IMG/VR virus record: IMGVR_UViG_3300047121_000347
Coordinates: 1-64,000 of that record
Strand: one strand, 5' to 3'
DNA: 64,000 nt
Source: a virus
Shown here piece after piece: positions 45,471 through 55,582 of this stretch; position 1 is the first letter of the stretch; every line of letters starts with the position of its first letter. Under the pieces are notes generated by a model. It was not told where the DNA came from, searched no databases, and worked only from the letters and a program-made list of their open reading frames with translations. The translations under genes and the position numbers were made by a program.

Positions 45471-48396
45471 CCTAATGCCCCCCAGCCCCGAGGAACTCGA
45501 AGAGCTCCGCGCTCAACGCCGCTTAAAGCTACCTCCGGGGGTTCAACGCGCTACTGCGGCCGCCCCAACTCGGGGTAGCGTGGCCCCTGTGCCCGGAATC
45601 CGCTACCCGGCTGAGTTCATCGGCGGGTTTGCGGGCGCTAACCAGCGCCGCAGCGTCATGGAGCCCGACGCCGAAGGTCTTGAAAGCGCCTACCGCGCCG
45701 GGGAGGCCACCAGCGTGCTCGGTGATTTGTTTGGCTCGTTGACCCCGTTCGCGACCGCCTCAACGCTGTCCCGTGTGGGGGCGCTACCCGGCGCGGCGGT
45801 CATCAAACCCAAAGGCGGCAACTGGCTTGCCGGGTCGTTCTCGGCTGAGCGGGCGCTCGAGCCGTTGAGGAAACCCATGCCTTCCCGCGCCACTGACGCC
45901 TTCGGCAATGAGGTTCCTAACCCGCTGGCCAACTCGCCGATGTACACGGAAAACGCCGCCCTCAACAAGTGGATTGATACCAAGCTCACCAAGTACGTCA
46001 AGAACGAAATGGCTACCCCCGAGGACCCCGTCCGGGCACTCGCTGAGCGGGGCACGCTGCACTTTGAGCCGCAAGATGCCCCAAGGCCTATGGGGTTTGA
46101 GAGGGAGGGCCGGACGCTACGTGAAAACCGAGAGGCCAGCGGCTATCCTATTGAGGGTCTAGGTAAATCCAACCTCGCCAAGGACTGGGAGGCTCTCGCT
46201 GATATAAACATACAGCCCGATAAAGCTGAGGTGTTTCAGTCGATGCAGTTGGTTGAAGCAAACCCTTGGCTAGCGAAAGTGTCGCCTGATACGCCGGTGT
46301 ACGGTATGAATCTGAGCACCGATATGTCTAAGCTCGGCTTCCCGCACATCATCGACGAGCTAACCAACGCCATGAACCCCAACTCGGGGCTGCCGGCGTC
46401 GTTGCGGCTGACCCCGCAGCAGCTTGAGAAGATCACGGTGCCGCAGGCCGTCGAGCGGGTCGCAAAGATCAACGAGTGGCGGGCGGCGCAAAAGGTCGAG
46501 GCCGACGCCCTCAAGGCGCGCAACCCCGCCACGTTCGAGCACCGCGCCTATGAGACCGTTCCGGGCACCACCGAGCCCAACGAGAAAGGCCTGCGTTGGG
46601 TAGAGTTGAAAGCCTCCACAGAGCCCGTCGACGTGAGTAGCATGCTGATTCAAAACGCCGGCAAGTACTCAATCCTTGAGCCGGGGCAGAAACTATCCTG
46701 GAAAGACCCTAAGACCGGGCGCGTGCTGTTTGACACACCCGAGAAAGCCGCCAAGGCTTACACCGAGCACAAGCATTACGCCTCACTCGAGGACGCCCTC
46801 AAGTACGAGGGCGACGTCATGGGGCACTGCGTCGGGGGCTACTGTCCGGACGTCATCGAGGGGCGCAGCCGCATTTACAGCCTGCGCGACAAGAAGGGCG
46901 AACCCCACGTAACGATTGAGGTCGCGCCTCACAATCCGAATCTTGAGTCTGTTTACGCGAAACAGAACCTCCCTGAGCTTTACGCAAAGTACAGCGCAGA
47001 TCGAAATAAGTATTCTAACAGTTGGCCTGAATTTCTTAAAACAGAAGCGCCAGAACTTTTAAACGCAACGGAAAACAAAATCATCCAAATCAAAGGCAAG
47101 GCCAACCGAGCCCCCAAGGACGAGTATCTGCCCTTTGTGCAGGACTTCGTGCGTTCGGGGCGGTGGTCGAGTGTCGGGGACTTAGGTAACACCGGGCTGA
47201 TCCGTATCAACCCCGACAGCGACCTAGGTATGAACCTTCGAGCCGCGAATGTAACCGCGCCCGAGTTCGTCACGCAACGCCAACTCAGCGATCTCTTAGA
47301 CAAATACGGCAGGACAAACCTACCGCCTAGTAGCCCAGAAGGCTACGCCGCCGGTGGCGCGGTGCGCATGAACGAGGGCGGCAAACCCCCTAAGCGTCGG
47401 GCGTCAGACCTGCCCGGTTACGGCGAGGGCTCCGCCGGAGCGTTGAGCGACGTGGTGCGCGGGTTCATGGGCGAGAAACCCGCCGAACCCACCAACCCCA
47501 GCGAGCTGTTCCGACTGGCGCAAGCCCTCGGGGCGTTTCCGCCGGTGGCGGGCGCAGTCGGGGCCGTGAAGCGTCCCGCCGGGGCAGCGGCTGCGTTGCG
47601 CGAGCTGTTGAAAACCGAAGCCCCCGCGCAGTCCGCCGCCGCTCGGGAGGCGCTCCGTCGTGCATACCGCACCGGCCACGAGCACTCCGTCGTGGGGCTG
47701 ACCGAAGCCGGCGTCCCAGGCGAAGTTGTTACCTCGGGCAACCGCACGCGAGTCATCCCCAGTGCGGCGGACGTCAGCCGAGCGGTCAGCGACCCGCAGC
47801 GTCGCGCGATTGTAGACTTCCACACTCACCCGAGCGACGTCAGCGGGCTGCGGGTTTCGCCCAGCGCGGATGACGTGGCGTTTTACGCCGACTACGAGCG
47901 GGGTGCGTGGCCCCGGACGTTGAAGACTTTCATCGCCTCGCCCCCCTCAACCGGAGGTGGCCGAGCCTCCACGGCGTACAGCTTCTTTGAGACCGACGTG
48001 CCGCGTCGCGTTTACGACAAAGATCTTTTTGAAAAAGCCGAACTGGAGCTGCAAAACGCGGGCCGACTCGGCCGGTTTGACCGCGTGCGGCGCGACCCGG
48101 CGTTTGCGGCGGCGTTTGAGTCCGGTGCGGTGGACCTGCAAGACCTGCTCGGTGAGGCGGCCCCGTTGTTGCTGCTCGAACGGCGAGCCGCTCAGGGCGC
48201 GGGTCGGCAGCGGTTGGACCTGGGCGCTAACGCCGTAGCCCCCAACGCTGAGCTGCGTGACTTTTACGAGATGATTCGCGAGCCCGCTCAAGAGTTCCTG
48301 AAAAAGAACAAGCTCAAAAAGGGCGGTGCGGTTAAAATTGAAACTAATCCCACGCTCATGGCCGATGAGCTGTTGTTCAAGGGCTACAGGCGCTGA
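45460..48396 (+). CDS. polyvalent protein with PcfJ-like domain and C-terminal JAB/MPN+ domain
   Basis: LKYEGDVMGHCVGGY...IYSLRD...TIEV...QIKGKAN (PcfJ-like); E...FHTHP..........PSADD (JAMM motif). Confidence 0.65.
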   Translation: MPPSLMPPSPEELEELRAQRRLKLPPGVQRATAAAPTRGSVAPVPGIRYPAEFIGGFAGANQRRSVMEPDAEGLESAYRAGEATSVLGDLFGSLTPFATASTLSRVGALPGAAVIKPKGGNWLAGSFSAERALEPLRKPMPSRATDAFGNEVPNPLANSPMYTENAALNKWIDTKLTKYVKNEMATPEDPVRALAERGTLHFEPQDAPRPMGFEREGRTLRENREASGYPIEGLGKSNLAKDWEALADINIQPDKAEVFQSMQLVEANPWLAKVSPDTPVYGMNLSTDMSKLGFPHIIDELTNAMNPNSGLPASLRLTPQQLEKITVPQAVERVAKINEWRAAQKVEADALKARNPATFEHRAYETVPGTTEPNEKGLRWVELKASTEPVDVSSMLIQNAGKYSILEPGQKLSWKDPKTGRVLFDTPEKAAKAYTEHKHYASLEDALKYEGDVMGHCVGGYCPDVIEGRSRIYSLRDKKGEPHVTIEVAPHNPNLESVYAKQNLPELYAKYSADRNKYSNSWPEFLKTEAPELLNATENKIIQIKGKANRAPKDEYLPFVQDFVRSGRWSSVGDLGNTGLIRINPDSDLGMNLRAANVTAPEFVTQRQLSDLLDKYGRTNLPPSSPEGYAAGGAVRMNEGGKPPKRRASDLPGYGEGSAGALSDVVRGFMGEKPAEPTNPSELFRLAQALGAFPPVAGAVGAVKRPAGAAAALRELLKTEAPAQSAAAREALRRAYRTGHEHSVVGLTEAGVPGEVVTSGNRTRVIPSAADVSRAVSDPQRRAIVDFHTHPSDVSGLRVSPSADDVAFYADYERGAWPRTLKTFIASPPSTGGGRASTAYSFFETDVPRRVYDKDLFEKAELELQNAGRLGRFDRVRRDPAFAAAFESGAVDLQDLLGEAAPLLLLERRAAQGAGRQRLDLGANAVAPNAELRDFYEMIREPAQEFLKKNKLKKGGAVKIETNPTLMADELLFKGYRR

Positions 48397-48410
48397 GAGG
48401 AACCCGAGCT

Positions 48411-50972
48411 ATGGCTATCGAATTTCCACAACCCCAACTTGAAGACGAACTGCCCGCTGGGCCGATGACCGTCGAGTACGAAGAGGAAGAACTCGAGCTG
48501 GGTGACGCCGAGCTTGAGGAGCTGCCCGATGGGTCGGTGCTCGTCAATCTTGAGCCGGATAGCGGCCCGGAGGAGAACCCCGAGTTCTACGCCAACCTGG
48601 CGGAGGTGTTTGATCCGCTCGACCTTGACACGCTCGCTAGTCGGTACTTGGAACTCATCAAGAAAGACAAAACGGCGCGGGAAGATCGCGACAAACAGTA
48701 CGAAGAAGGCCTCAAGCGCACCGGGATGGGCAAGGACGCCCCCGGCGGTGCGACGTTCATGGGCGCGAGCAAGGTCGTACACCCCGCGATGGCGGAGGCC
48801 TGCGTCGACTTTGCCTCCCGAGCCATAAAAGAGCTATTCCCGCCCGACGGCCCCGTCAAAACTAAGATCCTCGGCCAAAACGATGAGGAGAAAACCCAGC
48901 GTGCGGAGCGTAAGCGCGACTGGATGAACTGGCAACTCACTGAGCAGATTGAAGAGTTCCGCGACGAGCAGGAGCAACTCCTCACTCAGCTGCCCCTGGG
49001 CGGGTCGCAGTACCTGAAGCTCTGGTACGATGACCGGCAAAAGCGCCCTTGCGCCGAGTTCCTGCCCATCGACAAGGTGTTGATACCCTTTTCGGCCACG
49101 AACTTCTACACCGCGCAGCGGGCCACCGAGATTCACGACATCAGCGAGTGGGAGTTCAAGCGTCGAATCAGCTCCGGTATGTATCGCGACATCAGTTTGA
49201 TCCGCGCCACCATGGAGCCCGAGGAAACTAAGGCCGAAAAGGCCAACAACAAGATCGAAGGCCGCAAGTGGGATGAGAACACCGACGGCGAACGCCGTGT
49301 TTTTCACATCTACACCTGGCTCGAGTTTGAAGATGACCGCGAAAGCGGGGGCGAAATGGCCCCGTATATCCTGATGATTGACGAACTTGAGTCGGAAGTG
49401 GTGGGGTTGTACCGGAACTGGGAAGACGGCGACGAATCGATGACCAAACTGGACTGGGTCATTGAGTACAAGTTCATTCCGTGGCGTGGAGCGTACGCAA
49501 TCGGGCTGCCGCACCTCATTGGGGGGCTCTCGGCGGCGTTGACGGGGGCGCTGCGTGCCCTGCTCGACTCGGCGCACATCAACAACGCGCCGGCGATGCT
49601 CAAACTGAAGGGCGCAAAGGTGAGCGGGCAGAGCCAACAGGTCGACATCACGCAGGTTGTTGAGATCGAAGGCGCACCGGGCGTGGACGATATCAAGAAA
49701 ATCGCAATGCCTATGCCTTTTAACCCCCCGAGCGCTGTGCTTTTTGAGCTTTTGGGGTGGCTTGACAAGGCCACTAAGGGCGTAGTCACGACGGCGGAGG
49801 AAAAGATCGCCGACGTGAGCGCGCAAACCCCCGTCGGCACTACGCAGGCGCTCATCGAGCAAGGCGCGGCGGTTTTCAGCGCCATTCACGCCCGGCTGCA
49901 CGATGCGCAAGGCCGACTTTTGAAGGTTCTGGGGCGGTTGAACCGCTGGTACCTGAGCGACATGCGTAAAGGCGAGGTCGTGGCGGACCTCGAGATTGAG
50001 GAAGCTGATTTTCAACGCAATACGGACGTGGTGCCGGTTTCGGACCCGCATATCTTTAGCGAAACCCAACGCATGGCGCAGATTCAGGCGGTGCTGGCCC
50101 GTGCGGACGCCGCGCCGGACCTCTACGACCGGCGGGCGGTGGAAGAACGGCTGCTGAAACAGCTGAAAATACCCGGCTACAACGAACTGCTCAAGAATAC
50201 GCCTTCGCCGGACGAACTCAGCGCGGTTGATGAGAACGTTGCCATGGCGTTGGGGCAGAACGGCTACGCCTATATGCATCAAGATCACTTGGCGCATATT
50301 CAGACGCACTTGGACTTTGCCCTGAACCCGGCGTTCGGTGGTAACCCCATCATGGCGTCGATTTACCTGCCTCGGGCGCTGGAGCACGTGAAGCAGCACA
50401 TGATTCTGTGGTACCTGAACCGCTCGCAAGGGTACGTCACCAAGCTCCGCAACGGTCGCCCCGTGACCGAGGCCGAGTACGAGGACAAAACCCTCACGGC
50501 GCAGATCGACAAAGTGTACGCCCTCGTGTCGCAACACGTCAAGTCCGACGCCGAGCAGGCGTTCGGTAAGATTCTTCCCCTCGTCGGACAGCTGCTTCAG
50601 GCGATGCAACAAATGACCCCGCAACCTCAGTTGCCACCCGAGGCGCAAGTGCTCAAGGAAACCAGCCTGGCGGAAACCCAGCGCCGTGCCCAGCGCGACG
50701 CAGCGGAGATGCAGCTCAAAGGAGCCGACATGCAACAGCGGGGGCAGATTGACGTGGCGCGGCTTCAAGCCGAGCAACAACGCGCCGCCGAGCGTGATCA
50801 GATTGACGTGGCGCTGAACGCCTCGGATAACCTGACCCGCGAGCGCATAGAAACCGCACGCCTGACTCAAGAAGACGACAGGCTGCGCACCGAGCAGTAC
50901 GAGACTGCAATCCGGCTTCAAAACGAAGCCCAACGTAACCTAGGAGCTGAACGTGGCCCAACCATCCAATAA
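48411..50972 (+). CDS. portal protein
   Basis: 853 aa after terL; GAS.V.HP...EA.V.F...A.KELFP..GPV; LPLGGS...K; C-terminal Gln-rich coiled coil. Confidence 0.85.
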   Translation: MAIEFPQPQLEDELPAGPMTVEYEEEELELGDAELEELPDGSVLVNLEPDSGPEENPEFYANLAEVFDPLDLDTLASRYLELIKKDKTAREDRDKQYEEGLKRTGMGKDAPGGATFMGASKVVHPAMAEACVDFASRAIKELFPPDGPVKTKILGQNDEEKTQRAERKRDWMNWQLTEQIEEFRDEQEQLLTQLPLGGSQYLKLWYDDRQKRPCAEFLPIDKVLIPFSATNFYTAQRATEIHDISEWEFKRRISSGMYRDISLIRATMEPEETKAEKANNKIEGRKWDENTDGERRVFHIYTWLEFEDDRESGGEMAPYILMIDELESEVVGLYRNWEDGDESMTKLDWVIEYKFIPWRGAYAIGLPHLIGGLSAALTGALRALLDSAHINNAPAMLKLKGAKVSGQSQQVDITQVVEIEGAPGVDDIKKIAMPMPFNPPSAVLFELLGWLDKATKGVVTTAEEKIADVSAQTPVGTTQALIEQGAAVFSAIHARLHDAQGRLLKVLGRLNRWYLSDMRKGEVVADLEIEEADFQRNTDVVPVSDPHIFSETQRMAQIQAVLARADAAPDLYDRRAVEERLLKQLKIPGYNELLKNTPSPDELSAVDENVAMALGQNGYAYMHQDHLAHIQTHLDFALNPAFGGNPIMASIYLPRALEHVKQHMILWYLNRSQGYVTKLRNGRPVTEAEYEDKTLTAQIDKVYALVSQHVKSDAEQAFGKILPLVGQLLQAMQQMTPQPQLPPEAQVLKETSLAETQRRAQRDAAEMQLKGADMQQRGQIDVARLQAEQQRAAERDQIDVALNASDNLTRERIETARLTQEDDRLRTEQYETAIRLQNEAQRNLGAERGPTIQ

Positions 50973-51120
50973 CCTCAAAGACAACGAAGCCGTCCCCTAT
51001 CACAAGCGCATCGCCATGGGCGCGGCGCTCGACGGCACTAGTCTGAAGTCCAAAGGTAGCACCACCCCTCAACCCGCACAAAAAGGAGCCCCCGCCCCGC
51101 TAGCACGCAAAAACAAATGA
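50953..51120 (+). CDS. small basic hypothetical protein (55 aa, not in ORF track)
   Basis: GTG after AGGAG; VP.HKRIAMG; ATGA-coupled to next gene. Confidence 0.5.
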   Translation: MAQPSNNLKDNEAVPYHKRIAMGAALDGTSLKSKGSTTPQPAQKGAPAPLARKNK

Positions 51121-51308
51121 CCCTAACCCTGAGCCAACTGATTGGCGCATTCAAGGCACGTCAGGCTGAAATAGGCCATTCCCTAGCGGCGGGCAACGCT
51201 GCGACCTGGGAGGCGTACCAGCGCATGGTTGGCGAACACATGGGGCTGCAAAAAGCCCTTGACATTATTGAGAACTTTATAGAGGAAGAAGATGAACATG
51301 ATGACTGA
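51117..51308 (+). CDS. hypothetical protein
   Basis: L..G....E.Y...VG...GL pattern; lies before GroES. Confidence 0.6.
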   Translation: MTLTLSQLIGAFKARQAEIGHSLAAGNAATWEAYQRMVGEHMGLQKALDIIENFIEEEDEHDD

Positions 51309-51732
51309 ACCAGTAGCGTCGCAAGACGCTGAGATGGCTTGGGCTTTCCCGAGCGTGGATCCTGGTGCGCAGCCGTTAGGTGGACGTATACTGGTGCAAC
51401 TGCGCCGTAGCCGTAAAAAGACCACCAAAGCAGGAATCGTACTTGTTGAGGAAACCAAAGAGACCGAAAAGTGGAACACCCAGGTCGCCAAGGTCATCGC
51501 CGTGGGGCCGCTCGCCTTTCGGCATCGCGACTCGATGAACCCCTGGCCCGAGGGGTCGTGGTGTGGGGTGGGTGACTTTATTCGTGTGCCCAAGTGGGGC
51601 GGCGACCGCTGGGAGGTCAAAGTGCCCGGTGAGGACCACCTTGAGGACCCCGCACTGTTCATGATCGTTAATGATCACGAGGTCATTGCCCGAATCACCA
51701 CTAACCCCCTCGAGACTAAGGCATTCCTATGA
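51292..51732 (+). CDS. groES: GroES-like co-chaperonin
   Basis: PLGGRILV...TKAGIVL.E...VIAVGP...VGD...K.GG...ND.EV; start may be 51298 or 51301. Confidence 0.85.
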   Translation: MNMMTEPVASQDAEMAWAFPSVDPGAQPLGGRILVQLRRSRKKTTKAGIVLVEETKETEKWNTQVAKVIAVGPLAFRHRDSMNPWPEGSWCGVGDFIRVPKWGGDRWEVKVPGEDHLEDPALFMIVNDHEVIARITTNPLETKAFL

Positions 51733-52721
51733 GCACGAGCACCGAAGTAAAAGAACCCGATATCGAGATCACCGAGCAGCCCGACGGTTCAGTCGCGGTG
51801 GCGCTGCCGGAAGGTCTCGCTCCACCCTCGGTTCAAGATGACGATGAGGACGACTCACCGCAAAACAAAGCCGAAGGCGGCCCCGCCGACGACCCGGCTG
51901 ACGCCGATGCCGACGACGACACCGAGGCGCTACGCAACGCCAAACGCGAGCGCCGCCGCGCCAAGCGCGAACTAGCCCGCAAAACCAGCGCCGAGAAAGA
52001 CCAGCGGTTGCAACTGCTGCAGCGACAAAACCAAGAGCTAATGGAGCGGCTGAGCGTGGTTGAGCGTAAAACGCACGCCGGCGAAATCGCCAAGCTCGAC
52101 AAGGCGGTCGAAGACCAAGAGCTGCGGCTCGAGTACGCCAAGCGCAAGATCGCCGAAGCCACCCGTGCTCAAGACGGCGACGCCCTGGCGCAGGCCCAGG
52201 AGCTCTGGTACGAGTCGAGGCAACAGCTCGAAGCCTTGAAAAACCTCAAAAAGGCCAGCACCACCCCCCGGCAGCAGAACAACCTGCCCGATGCGAGGGT
52301 GCAGAAAATGGCCGCCGACTGGATTCGACGCAACGACTGGTACGACCCCCAGCACCGCAACACCGACTCCCGAATCGTCAAGCAGATAGACGAGGAACTC
52401 ACCGCCGAGGGCGGTTGGGACCCGGCAACCGAGGAGTATTGGGAAGAGCTCGACGAGCGGGCAAAAAAGTACTTGCCTCATCGGTATGAATTGAGCTATA
52501 ATGCTCCGAATCAGCGTTCAAGGCCTCGGAATATGCAAACTAGCACCGGTCGCGAATCATCCAACAGTGGCGGCTCCCCCAAGGGGCAGTTCATGCTCGA
52601 ACCGGATCAGGTACGCGCCATGAAGGATGCCGGCTTTTGGGACGACCCCGTCAAGCGCAACAGTATGATCAAGCGCTACGCGGCGGAAGCTCGCAAACGT
52701 GCTGCTGCAAACCCACGCTAA
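51729..52721 (+). CDS. putative capsid scaffolding protein
   Basis: Acidic N-terminus, long coiled coil, W...N.W, D..L..EG.DP...YW.ELD; position before capsid genes. Confidence 0.65.
   Translation: MSTSTEVKEPDIEITEQPDGSVAVALPEGLAPPSVQDDDEDDSPQNKAEGGPADDPADADADDDTEALRNAKRERRRAKRELARKTSAEKDQRLQLLQRQNQELMERLSVVERKTHAGEIAKLDKAVEDQELRLEYAKRKIAEATRAQDGDALAQAQELWYESRQQLEALKNLKKASTTPRQQNNLPDARVQKMAADWIRRNDWYDPQHRNTDSRIVKQIDEELTAEGGWDPATEEYWEELDERAKKYLPHRYELSYNAPNQRSRPRNMQTSTGRESSNSGGSPKGQFMLEPDQVRAMKDAGFWDDPVKRNSMIKRYAAEARKRAAANPR
52473..52502 (+). promoter_or_regulatory. putative internal promoter upstream of capsid genes
   Basis: TTGCCT-18 bp-TATAAT in an AT-rich patch inside a GC-rich CDS. Confidence 0.5.
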
Positions 52722-52739
52722 TTCAAAGGACGCACACAA

Positions 52740-53288
52740 ATGGATTCAAGACTTAAGAAATCTCTCTCCGCCGGTGGACGCGAAAGCCGCGCAAGCGAAG
52801 ACCTCGACCGCCTTCCGCCGGAGACTATGTTCGCCGCCTCACAGGACATCGACAAGATGTGGAGTGACGAGTGGACGCAAACCGCCCTGCCGAACGTGCC
52901 CGCCCTGCCGGGTTGGCACATGTGCTGGCTTTCCACCACCAACAGCTACGACACGATTGACAAGCGAATCCGACTGGGGTACGTTCCGGTGACAGCCGAT
53001 GAGTTACCTGGGTTTGAGAATTATCGCGTAAAAGCGGGCGAGCATGTGGGTCACATTTCGTGCAACGAAATGTTGCTGTTCAAGATTCCGACTGAACTCT
53101 ACCAGCGGGTCATGGCGCATTTCCATTATCAAAAACCAATGGAAGCAACTCAAGCGATCATGGAACGTATGGAGGAACTTCAGCAGGGCGCTGACAGCTC
53201 AGGACACAAACTCCTGAAAACGGAAGGCGAAGGCTTCGGACGAGTGGCACAATCATCCGTCAACCGACCCCCGGTCTTCGAGGGTTAA
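52740..53288 (+). CDS. conserved head-region hypothetical protein
   Basis: LP..P..PGWH.CWLS....D...R..LGY.PV; between scaffold and capsid. Confidence 0.6.
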   Translation: MDSRLKKSLSAGGRESRASEDLDRLPPETMFAASQDIDKMWSDEWTQTALPNVPALPGWHMCWLSTTNSYDTIDKRIRLGYVPVTADELPGFENYRVKAGEHVGHISCNEMLLFKIPTELYQRVMAHFHYQKPMEATQAIMERMEELQQGADSSGHKLLKTEGEGFGRVAQSSVNRPPVFEG

Positions 53289-53306
53289 ATTGGAGTTTAC
53301 AATATC

Positions 53307-53921
53307 ATGTCTGCAACCTTAGCACCCTTTGGTTTGCGGCCTGCGTATCACCCCTCGGGGCTCGATCGTGCGCAGGGGCTAGCCAATGTGATTCAGTCGG
53401 GGTATGCTCAGAACATCTTGAAGGGTCAGGCCGTTAAGCTCGACCCCACAACTGGGTATATCGTTCGTGCCGCGAGTGGCGATCCAATCTACGGCGTCTT
53501 TGATGGCGTCGAGTGGACCGACACCACGGGGCGTCGTCGTGTGTCGAACTGCTGGCCCGCCAACACGGGCTATCAGACCGGCTCGCTCATTGCGTATGTG
53601 TGGACTGACCCCAAAGTGGTTTACGAAATCCAAGCCGAAGGCTCGATTGCGCAAACCGCCCTGGGCCAAGAGTACGACATCACCAACCCGTATAACCCGA
53701 CTTCGGGCGACCCGACGCTGGTGGGTCTGTCTCAGGCCACTATGGGCACTACGGCGGCCGCCTCCAACGCCACCAAGACCCTGCGCGTGGTCGATCTGGC
53801 TCCGTATCCGGGCAATGCATGGGGTGATTCGTACACGATCGTTCGTGTGCAGATTGCCGAGTTCCAGTACGCTGGTATTTACGAAGGTGCGGCGGTGGCT
53901 TACCCCGTTACCGTAGCTTAA
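53307..53921 (+). CDS. putative capsid decoration / minor capsid protein
   Basis: APFGLRP, GVF.GVEWTD, DP..VYE.Q; directly before the MCP. Confidence 0.6.
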   Translation: MSATLAPFGLRPAYHPSGLDRAQGLANVIQSGYAQNILKGQAVKLDPTTGYIVRAASGDPIYGVFDGVEWTDTTGRRRVSNCWPANTGYQTGSLIAYVWTDPKVVYEIQAEGSIAQTALGQEYDITNPYNPTSGDPTLVGLSQATMGTTAAASNATKTLRVVDLAPYPGNAWGDSYTIVRVQIAEFQYAGIYEGAAVAYPVTVA

Positions 53922-53935
53922 AGGAGGGCTAACAA

Positions 53936-54853
53936 ATGGCAGCCCCAATGCGCAGTACGGACTTTCGGAGCATCGTTGAGCCTATCCTGAACGAGTGCTT
54001 CGACGGAGTCTATGATCAGCGTGCCGATGAGTGGTCGCGAGTCTTCCGCGAGCAGAACGGCATCCCCCGTAATTACCATGAGGAACCCGTCCTGTACGGT
54101 TTTGGCTTGGCACCGTTGCTCCCCGACGGCAGCCCCGTAACCTATCAGCAAGGTGGCGTGTTGTTCCTGAAGCGTTATGTCTACTCGGTGTACGGTCTAG
54201 CCTTCGCGTTGACGAAAGTCCTCGTCGAAGACGGCGACCACATCCGCATCGGGTCGGTGTACGCTCGTCACCTGGCACAGTCTTTGGTCGAGACCAAAGA
54301 AACCCTGTGCGCCAACGTGCTGAACAACGCCTTCACGGGCGGGCAGTATGCCGGTGGTGACGGTGTAGCGCTTAACAGTGCCTCACACCCCATCGTGAAC
54401 GGTACGGTGAGCAACCTCCTCACCACAGCGGCCAACCTCAGCCAGACCTCCCTTGAGCAGATGCTCATTCAGGTGCGTCAGGCGGTTGACAACAACGGCA
54501 AAAAGATTCGCCTCGTGCCACGACAGCTCGTCGTCGCCCCAGGCAACATCTTCCAAGCCGAAGTGTTGCTCAAGAGTGTGCTGCGTGCCGGTCAAGCCAA
54601 CAACGACATCAACCCAGTCAAATCTATCGGTTTGCTCGATGAAGGTGCTGCGGTTCTGTCGCGTTTGACCAGCTCGACCGCATGGTGGGTGCAGACCGAC
54701 ACGCCCGAAGGTATGAAGCTCATGATGCGTCGCGGCCTTGAAAAGACCATGGAAGGTGATTTCGAAACCGACTCCATGCGCTACAAGGCCACCGAGCGTT
54801 ACGATGTGGGCTTTACCGATTGGCGCGCAATGTACGGCACGCCCGGAGTCTAA
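53936..54853 (+). CDS. major capsid protein (HK97 fold, Mu gpT-like)
   Basis: EP.LN..F, ETKE...AN.LN.AF, GDGVAL.S..HP, L..TSLE, P..LVV, EGDFET..MRYKA.ERY..G.TD.R..YG..G. Confidence 0.85.
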   Translation: MAAPMRSTDFRSIVEPILNECFDGVYDQRADEWSRVFREQNGIPRNYHEEPVLYGFGLAPLLPDGSPVTYQQGGVLFLKRYVYSVYGLAFALTKVLVEDGDHIRIGSVYARHLAQSLVETKETLCANVLNNAFTGGQYAGGDGVALNSASHPIVNGTVSNLLTTAANLSQTSLEQMLIQVRQAVDNNGKKIRLVPRQLVVAPGNIFQAEVLLKSVLRAGQANNDINPVKSIGLLDEGAAVLSRLTSSTAWWVQTDTPEGMKLMMRRGLEKTMEGDFETDSMRYKATERYDVGFTDWRAMYGTPGV

Positions 54854-54861
54854 GGAAACCA

Positions 54862-54883
54862 GGGGGCTGCGGCCCCCGCTTTA
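54862..54883 (+). terminator. hairpin after the MCP (weak terminator or stabiliser)
   Basis: GGGGGC-TGCG-GCCCCC followed by GCTTTA. Confidence 0.45.
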
Positions 54884-54896
54884 TAGGAGTTAAAGT

Positions 54897-55580
54897 ATGA
54901 CTACGACTCGGTTTCCTAATGGGGTCACCAACGTGGGTGAGCAGTCGCTGTTTGCTGAGCTAGGCCAGCCCGCAGCCACGCTGTATCACACCTACTTTGA
55001 GGACTTCGACTACTACACGGCGGCCGACTGGACGGTGACCGAAACCGACGCAGGGGCAACCCAGGCGTTGGCTGATGGTGATGGGGGTTTGTTGCTCATC
55101 ACTAACACCGCTGCTGACAATGACCTTGTGTCGTTGCAGAAGAAAGGTGAGTCGTTCCGGTTCGCTAGCGGTAAACCACTGTTCTTTGAGGCTCGCTTCA
55201 AAGTCAGCGACGCCACGCAGTCGGACGTTGTCATTGGTCTGCAGATCACCGACACGACCCCGCTTGATGTGTCTGACGGCGTCTTCTTCATCAAAGCTGA
55301 TGGTGCTGCGACGGTCAATTTCCTTGTTGAGAAAAACAACACGGCAACCACCGCGAGCGCTGTGGCCACGATGGCAGATGACACCTACATCCGTCTTGGG
55401 TTTTACTATGACGGGATTTCGGCGGTGCAGTACTTTGTGAATGGCTCAATCGCTGGCAGTTCGGTAACTACCAACCTGCCCGACGATGAGGACATGACCA
55501 TCACCATCGCAATCCAGAACGGTGAAGCCGTCGCCAAGACCATGACCGTGGACTATGTCTATGTAGCCAAGGAGCGCTAA
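54897..55580 (+). CDS. virion structural protein (beta-sandwich)
   Basis: TTRFPNGV N-terminus, YF.DF, VDYV...ER end; AGGAG SD. Confidence 0.55.
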   Translation: MTTTRFPNGVTNVGEQSLFAELGQPAATLYHTYFEDFDYYTAADWTVTETDAGATQALADGDGGLLLITNTAADNDLVSLQKKGESFRFASGKPLFFEARFKVSDATQSDVVIGLQITDTTPLDVSDGVFFIKADGAATVNFLVEKNNTATTASAVATMADDTYIRLGFYYDGISAVQYFVNGSIAGSSVTTNLPDDEDMTITIAIQNGEAVAKTMTVDYVYVAKER

Positions 55581-55582
55581 TC

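Noticed and set aside
48834-50933. 699-aa antisense ORF
   Set aside because: Lies entirely opposite the portal gene; explained as a shadow of GC-rich codon bias, with no recognisable motifs
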